Below are positions 58,832-64,000 of a stretch of 64,000 nucleotides of DNA, piece by piece. Source of the stretch: Bacillota bacterium (GTDB lineage Bacteria > Bacillota > JAAYKD01); NCBI GenBank assembly GCA_963666425.2, contig OY762825.2, positions 2,112,001 through 2,176,000 of the forward strand, in the 5' to 3' direction. The stretch's first letter is position 1, and every line of letters starts with the position of its first letter. Made by a program: the position numbers and the translations under genes. Under the pieces are notes generated by a model, which did not search any database, was not told the origin of the DNA, and saw only the letters and a list, made by a program, of their open reading frames with translations.

Positions 58832-59428
58832 ATGAGTGATTTGATGAAGCGATATGTTGCCTTGAAAAACCAAGTGATAGAGCGGAAAGAGCAATTTAAA
58901 AAGCTGACTGATTTTATGGAAAACGAAACCGCCTGGCTGACTGCTCCTGCCAGCACGCGCTACCATCTTTGCCGGGACCGCGGTTTGCTCGAACACTCCT
59001 GTAATGTGGCCGAGACAATGTTGAAAATAAAAGCAGCCCTGGCGCCGGAAATATCGGATGAAAGCTGTGTCATCGTTGCGTTGCTGCATGACTTGGGCAA
59101 AGCGGGCATGCCGGGCAATCCTCAATATCTTCCGAATGAGGCAACAGCCAGACAAAAACAATATGGCTATCAAGCCAGCACTCCTTATCACTTTAATAAG
59201 GACCTGACTTATTTGAGTGTACCGGTCAGGAGCCTCTATTTGGCGGGACCTTTAATCAAGTTGAGCGAGGAAGAAGCACAGGCGATTGTTTATCATGACG
59301 GTCAGTACGTAGAAGACAATGCCAGTGTTGCCACCAACGAAAAACCTTTGACGCTGCTGTTGCAATATGCGGATAATTGGTGCGGCTTTGTGGTGGAAGC
59401 CGCTGAGGGTAAGTTCGAGCGTCAATAG
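58832..59428 (+). CDS. HD-domain phosphohydrolase
   Basis: APASTRYH, GLLEHS, LLHDLGK, IVYHDG, QYAD; GGAGG RBS. Confidence 0.88.
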   Translation: MSDLMKRYVALKNQVIERKEQFKKLTDFMENETAWLTAPASTRYHLCRDRGLLEHSCNVAETMLKIKAALAPEISDESCVIVALLHDLGKAGMPGNPQYLPNEATARQKQYGYQASTPYHFNKDLTYLSVPVRSLYLAGPLIKLSEEEAQAIVYHDGQYVEDNASVATNEKPLTLLLQYADNWCGFVVEAAEGKFERQ

Positions 59429-59464
59429 ATGCGAAAGTCGAGCCGATTCAAGTTGGACATCGGA

Positions 59465-59490
59465 AGGATTTTTGCCAATGAAATGCGAAT
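59465..59490 (+). promoter_or_regulatory. sigmaH-like promoter
   Basis: AGGA-N18-GAAT. Confidence 0.55.
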
Positions 59491-59589
59491 TAAAAAAGAG
59501 AATTCGTTTTCTGACTCAACTCAGTAACTTTGAGTCAGACTTGTCCGCTGAAAAATCAAAACGAGATAAAAAGAAAGAAGGAACTCAAA

Positions 59590-59892
59590 ATGCAAAAATT
59601 CACACTGGAAGATGTTAAAATTGTGGCAGTGAAATTGGGAATTGATTTTGCGACAGCCGGATATTCAGCCGATGAATATTTAGCCGGACTGCAGGTCGAA
59701 CTGGAACATGGCTTAGTGGATGCCCGCACCAATGTGACAAATGATGATTTATTAACGACTGCAAAAATCGTTCTGGCGCACTTAACGGAGAATACCAGAT
59801 ATTATGATCAGAACGTTGGTTTGGATGCTTGGGAACACGCGCTCGACCAAATCAAAGGCGATACAACGGGCAAAAAAGTCGTTATCCTCTAG
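59590..59892 (+). CDS. Small conserved protein (DUF5661-like)
   Basis: GLQVELEHG..TNVTNDDLLTTAKIVLAHL.E..RYY. Confidence 0.75.
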   Translation: MQKFTLEDVKIVAVKLGIDFATAGYSADEYLAGLQVELEHGLVDARTNVTNDDLLTTAKIVLAHLTENTRYYDQNVGLDAWEHALDQIKGDTTGKKVVIL

Positions 59893-60252
59893 CAAACCCA
59901 TTGGCTTCCTTTCAGTGATTCGCTTCCCATGCCATCGATGCAACGTGCAAAAAGACACAGTCTGCAAATGCTTAATCTCTTGCAGACTGTGCCTTTTCCT
60001 TTGTCTCTTGCATTGGATATCGAATGAACAACGAGTTGAAGAAACGATAGGATCCCATTTGTTCACAACCGGTTCATACCTGCCGTGCTGGCAAATGAAG
60101 GAGTTTACACCGTTTTAGTGTAATACTCTGTCATAAGGAAAGGATGCTTTGACCGAAGAAGAGGGAAACCGGTTGAATGTACCTTTCAGACAAGTCATAT
60201 TAACATCACACCGATCCGGCAGCAGCGGTGATTGGAGAAAGGGTATTGTCTC

Positions 60253-60861
60253 ATGCAGGAATCAATGATCGAGTTTATCAATCAATACGGCTATTTCGGA
60301 ATTGCTTTCATGATTTGGCTGGAAACAATCTTTCCGCCCATTCCTTCGGAAGTAATTTTGATTTTTTCTGGTTATCTGATCACCCAGACTGCGATGAGTC
60401 TGCCCTGGGCAGTCCTTTCGGCAACGATTGGCTCTGTGACGGGAGCGGCAGTGCTCTATCTTTTGGGTTATTATTTAGGGAAAAATAAACTGGATCATTT
60501 GCTGGCCGGTATCTGGGGCAAGCGTCTGCATTTCAATCAAGCAGACTTGGCAAAAACAGAGCGGTGGTTCAGCCGTTATCAGGGCAGAGCAGTTTTTCTT
60601 TGCCGCTTTGTGCCGGTCGTGCGCAGTTTGATTTCGATTCCGGCCGGGATTACGAGAATGCAGCCGCTGCTTTTCTTTTCGCTGACGTTTTTGGGCAGTT
60701 TGGGTTGGAACACGATTTTGATTTTATTGGGTCAATCAGCCGGCAGCGCTTGGCAGAACGGTTTGACTTATATTGGTTGGTATTCCAAGGTAGTTTTAGT
60801 TGTGGCGGCAGTCGCAGTTATTTGCTTTGCTTACCGTACCTATCACAGGAAACGGCATTAA
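60253..60861 (+). CDS. DedA family membrane protein
   Basis: LETIFPPIPSEVIL, RFVPVVRSLISIPAG. Confidence 0.92.
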   Translation: MQESMIEFINQYGYFGIAFMIWLETIFPPIPSEVILIFSGYLITQTAMSLPWAVLSATIGSVTGAAVLYLLGYYLGKNKLDHLLAGIWGKRLHFNQADLAKTERWFSRYQGRAVFLCRFVPVVRSLISIPAGITRMQPLLFFSLTFLGSLGWNTILILLGQSAGSAWQNGLTYIGWYSKVVLVVAAVAVICFAYRTYHRKRH

Positions 60862-60896
60862 AGTAAGTTGTTTTTGATTCAAAGATAAAGGAATGA

Positions 60897-62309
60897 ATGA
60901 GCATGGTTTTCAGCAGTATCAGCTTTTTATTTTATTTCTTACCGATTTTATTTCTCTGTTATTACCTGGCTCCCAAACGATTGAAGAATCTGGTCATGAT
61001 CATCGGCAGCCTGGTTTTTTTTGCCTGGGGCGAGATTCGATTTATTCCCGTGATGCTCCTGCTTTCCGTGGAGGACTATATTTGTGGCCGCCTGATGGAA
61101 AAAAACCGTGAAAATGAAAAAAAGAGACGGCTTTTTATGCTGATATCTGTATGCAGCAATTTAAGTGTGCTGGTTTTTTTTAAGTACACCAGCTTTCTGC
61201 TGCAGAATTTCAGCGCTCTGACCGGATTGGCTTTTGCTATACCCAAGATCATTTTACCGATTGGGGTATCGTTTAATTCTTTCCAATCGATTTCTTATGC
61301 GATTGATGTCTACAGAGGAACGACCAATTGTGAGAAATCCTATTATAATTATCTTGCCTACACGACCCTGTTTCCTCAGATCATCGCCGGTCCGATTGTC
61401 CGCTATGTTACCGTCGAGAATGATCTGGATGATCATCAGATGACGCGTGACAGTTTGTCTCTCGGTATGAGGCGCTTCCTGTTAGGTTTAGGTAAGAAAG
61501 TCTTGATTGCCAATAATGTTGGGTTTTTGGCCAATCAGATTGCGGACGGCAGGGCGGGGGTGCCTTCCGTGCTGCTCTATTGGCTCGGTATCACGGCCTA
61601 TACCTTTCAAATCTACTTTGATTTTTCCGGGTATTCCGACATGGCAATCGGATTAGCCCGCGTTTTCGGTTTGACTTTTGACGAGAATTTTAATTTCCCT
61701 TATATTTCACAGAGCATCACTGAATTTTGGCGCCGTTGGCATATTACACTGGGTGCTTGGTTTCGCGATTATGTTTATATCCCAATGGGAGGAAATCGGG
61801 TTTCTGTGCGCCGGCACTTATTCAATTTGTTCGCGGTTTGGGCTTTAACCGGTTTTTGGCACGGAGCATCCTGGAACTTTGTCTTATGGGGATTGTATTA
61901 TGGTTTCCTGCTGATGATCGAGAAATACCTGTTGATGCCAATTTTGAAAAAAATACCTGCTTTCTGCCGCCATGTCTACACGATTCTTTTGGTGATGTTT
62001 GGCTGGGTGATTTTCTATTTTGAAGATTTGCACAGAATGTCCGAATTTTTTCAAGGCATGCTGGGTTTGGCTAAAATCCCACTCTATAATGAACAGAGTT
62101 TATACTATTTATTGAATTACGGCATTATTTTCCTACTGGCAGCCTATTTTTCCACACCGCATTTCAAAAAATACCTGACTTTGGCGGATCATACCGTAAA
62201 ACCACTGCTGGCGGCGGCCACGGCCGGCTTTTATGCGCTGATGTTTTGTGCCTGCATCGCCTATCTTGTCAACAGTACATATAATCCTTTTTTATATTTC
62301 AGATTTTAA
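60897..62309 (+). CDS. MBOAT O-acyltransferase (AlgI/PatA-like)
   Basis: MVFSSISFLFYFLP, FPQIIAGPIVRY, DFSGYSDMAIG, FWRRWHI, GFWHGA, NPFLYFRF. Confidence 0.94.
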   Translation: MSMVFSSISFLFYFLPILFLCYYLAPKRLKNLVMIIGSLVFFAWGEIRFIPVMLLLSVEDYICGRLMEKNRENEKKRRLFMLISVCSNLSVLVFFKYTSFLLQNFSALTGLAFAIPKIILPIGVSFNSFQSISYAIDVYRGTTNCEKSYYNYLAYTTLFPQIIAGPIVRYVTVENDLDDHQMTRDSLSLGMRRFLLGLGKKVLIANNVGFLANQIADGRAGVPSVLLYWLGITAYTFQIYFDFSGYSDMAIGLARVFGLTFDENFNFPYISQSITEFWRRWHITLGAWFRDYVYIPMGGNRVSVRRHLFNLFAVWALTGFWHGASWNFVLWGLYYGFLLMIEKYLLMPILKKIPAFCRHVYTILLVMFGWVIFYFEDLHRMSEFFQGMLGLAKIPLYNEQSLYYLLNYGIIFLLAAYFSTPHFKKYLTLADHTVKPLLAAATAGFYALMFCACIAYLVNSTYNPFLYFRF

Positions 62310-62325
62310 TGAGGACATGAATGAA

Positions 62326-63438
62326 ATGAAAACTACGATGAACAGAACCTTCTTCTACCTGATTTTCCCCCTATGGATCATCATCCTCGCTGCCAATTTT
62401 CTCACGCCTACTTTGGAATTTTCTCAAAATGAAAACCGATATCTGGCACAAATTCCAGAGTTTTCGCTGAGCACTTTACTGAATGGCAGCTATATGGCGA
62501 AATTGGATGAATATGTCAATGACCAATTCGTTTTTCGCGACCACTGGATCAGCTTACAGAGCGATTTGGAATATACCCTAGGTAAGCGGGAGAGCAATGG
62601 TGTTTTTATCGGGAAAAATGTTTTGCTCAGCAAATTAGGCACTGCGAGCCAAGCGAATATTGAGAATAATCTGCAAGGCATGTTGGATTTTTTCGCAGCT
62701 GCTCAAAAGCCGTGTGCTGTCATGTTAGTACCGAGTGCGGCCGAGATCCAGCCGGATAAGCTGCCGCTCTATGCACAGAGCTGGCCGCAGGATCCCCTCA
62801 TTCAGCAGATTTATCAGGCTGCAGCCGGAATGACCGGTATTTCCGTATCGGCTGCCCTGCGCGAGCATGCAGAAGAATACATCTATTATCGCACAGATCA
62901 TCACTGGACGACCTATGGAGCGTATTTAGCTTATCTTGAATATTGCCGCGCATTGGGATTGGTTCCGCTCGAATATCAGGCCGAAACAGTGAGCTGGGAT
63001 TTTAATGGCACCCTCTATTCAAAATCCGGTGTCCGGTTCATCAAACCGGATACGATGGAAGCTTTTCAGAGCGATGCTGCTCTTGGCTGCAGCATCAAAA
63101 CGAATGGGGAGCCTGTCTATTACGATTCCGTCTATTTCCCGCAATATCTGGAAGTCAAAGATCAATACGGCTATTTTCTGGGACAGAACCAGCCGATTGT
63201 AACGCTCTACGGTAATCAGGCTACCGGAAAGAAATTGCTGATGTTCAAGGATTCTTATGCTCATTGCTTGGCGCCGATGCTTCTGCAGTATTATGATGAA
63301 ATCGTTTTGGTAGACCTGCGTTATATCAACAGTGAAATCGGTGATTTGCTGGATATCGAGGAATTTGATCAGGTTTTATTTCTCTACAGTGTTGATACCT
63401 TTGTCAGCAGCAATCAACTGGCAAAACTACAGCAATAG
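62326..63438 (+). CDS. DHHW-family (AlgJ/AlgX-like) O-acetylation protein
   Basis: N-terminal anchor, ENRYLA, YYRTDHHWTTYGAY, KDSYAH, VDLRY; start 62317 or 62326. Confidence 0.88.
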   Translation: MKTTMNRTFFYLIFPLWIIILAANFLTPTLEFSQNENRYLAQIPEFSLSTLLNGSYMAKLDEYVNDQFVFRDHWISLQSDLEYTLGKRESNGVFIGKNVLLSKLGTASQANIENNLQGMLDFFAAAQKPCAVMLVPSAAEIQPDKLPLYAQSWPQDPLIQQIYQAAAGMTGISVSAALREHAEEYIYYRTDHHWTTYGAYLAYLEYCRALGLVPLEYQAETVSWDFNGTLYSKSGVRFIKPDTMEAFQSDAALGCSIKTNGEPVYYDSVYFPQYLEVKDQYGYFLGQNQPIVTLYGNQATGKKLLMFKDSYAHCLAPMLLQYYDEIVLVDLRYINSEIGDLLDIEEFDQVLFLYSVDTFVSSNQLAKLQQ

Positions 63439-63502
63439 CTGCAAAAAGAAGGAAACGGTAACGTGGCTGATACAAAGGAGGACCAGCTCCTTCTTTCAAT
63501 AG

Positions 63503-63554
63503 AAAAACCCCTGCAGCAGTTCGTTAGGCTGAACTGCTGCAGGGGTTCTTTTTT
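63503..63554. terminator. Bidirectional terminator
   Basis: AACCCCTGCAGCAGTTC...GAACTGCTGCAGGGGTT. Confidence 0.85.
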
Positions 63555-63571
63555 AAATGGCTGCGGGAGCT

Positions 63572-64000
63572 TTATTTGGCTAATTTCCGTTCAATCAACT
63601 TGACGATTTCGACCGCAGGGATGATGCTGATGGCCAGGCACATCGCAACGAGAAATTCCTGTAAGTTGATTTCGGCAAAGCCGAAAGCATTGGCAAGGAA
63701 GGGAACATAAATGACGATAGTAGACATGATGAAAGCTGCACCGGCTGCCAAGAGCAGGTAGCCATTCTGCGAACCCAAACTGAAGATACTGCCGCGTTGG
63801 CTGCGCATATTCAAACTATGGAAAATTTCAACCATATTCATAGTCAGGAAAGCCATGGTGGTGCCGTCGGTGCTGTTGCCGATTTGCCATAACCCGGTTT
63901 CCATATAATCACCGATGAAGTAGGAAGTCAGAATCAGGATCGTCGTCAGAATTCCCTGGTAGATGATATCAAATCCCAAACCGCCGGCAAAAACACCATC
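63572..64000 (-). CDS. C-terminal part of a cation (Ca2+-type) P-type ATPase; 5'-partial
   Basis: TMAFLT..EIFHSLNMRS..SIF, IYVPFL..AF, VEIVK. Confidence 0.8.
   Translation of the reverse strand, partial: DGVFAGGLGFDIIYQGILTTILILTSYFIGDYMETGLWQIGNSTDGTTMAFLTMNMVEIFHSLNMRSQRGSIFSLGSQNGYLLLAAGAAFIMSTIVIYVPFLANAFGFAEINLQEFLVAMCLAISIIPAVEIVKLIERKLAK

Overview
Chromosomal segment of an anaerobic Firmicute (Bacillota): T-box riboswitches, sigmaA- and sigmaH-type promoters, [FeFe]-hydrogenases, thyX and mrnC, with most genes on the + strand. Bases 1-42.2 kb are mostly core and metabolic genes: the end of an [FeFe]-hydrogenase operon (HydA with C-terminal [2Fe-2S] domain, PAS-containing sensory HydS, PP2C phosphatase), lon-engB, leuS and tyrS with T-boxes, msrA, tRNA-Phe/Met, a Xer-type recombinase, galK, transporters, a reduced yacL-ispF-cysS-mrnC-thyX-rlmB cluster and a Tyr-Gly-Thr-fMet-Thr-fMet tRNA operon. 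After the tRNAs comes accessory DNA: TetR, Rieske oxygenase, CrtI-like/Fe-S fusion, a deleted second CrtI-like gene, TspO-like protein, diguanylate cyclase, amidohydrolase, TetR-ABC exporter, orphan pilin, mgtA, group B hydrogenase and an MBOAT/DHHW pair. Best leads: (1) four of eight tRNA genes carry C at near-invariant U positions (C55 in Phe and both fMet, C33 in Gly), a possible sign of tRNA editing; (2) the Rieske/CrtI-FeS/TspO operon in an anaerobe; (3) a SARP/BTAD regulator with a dead GGDEF but intact RxxD site at the usual yacP-sigH position. No CRISPR array, IS element, prophage or rRNA was recognised. All family calls come from motif recognition, not database searches.
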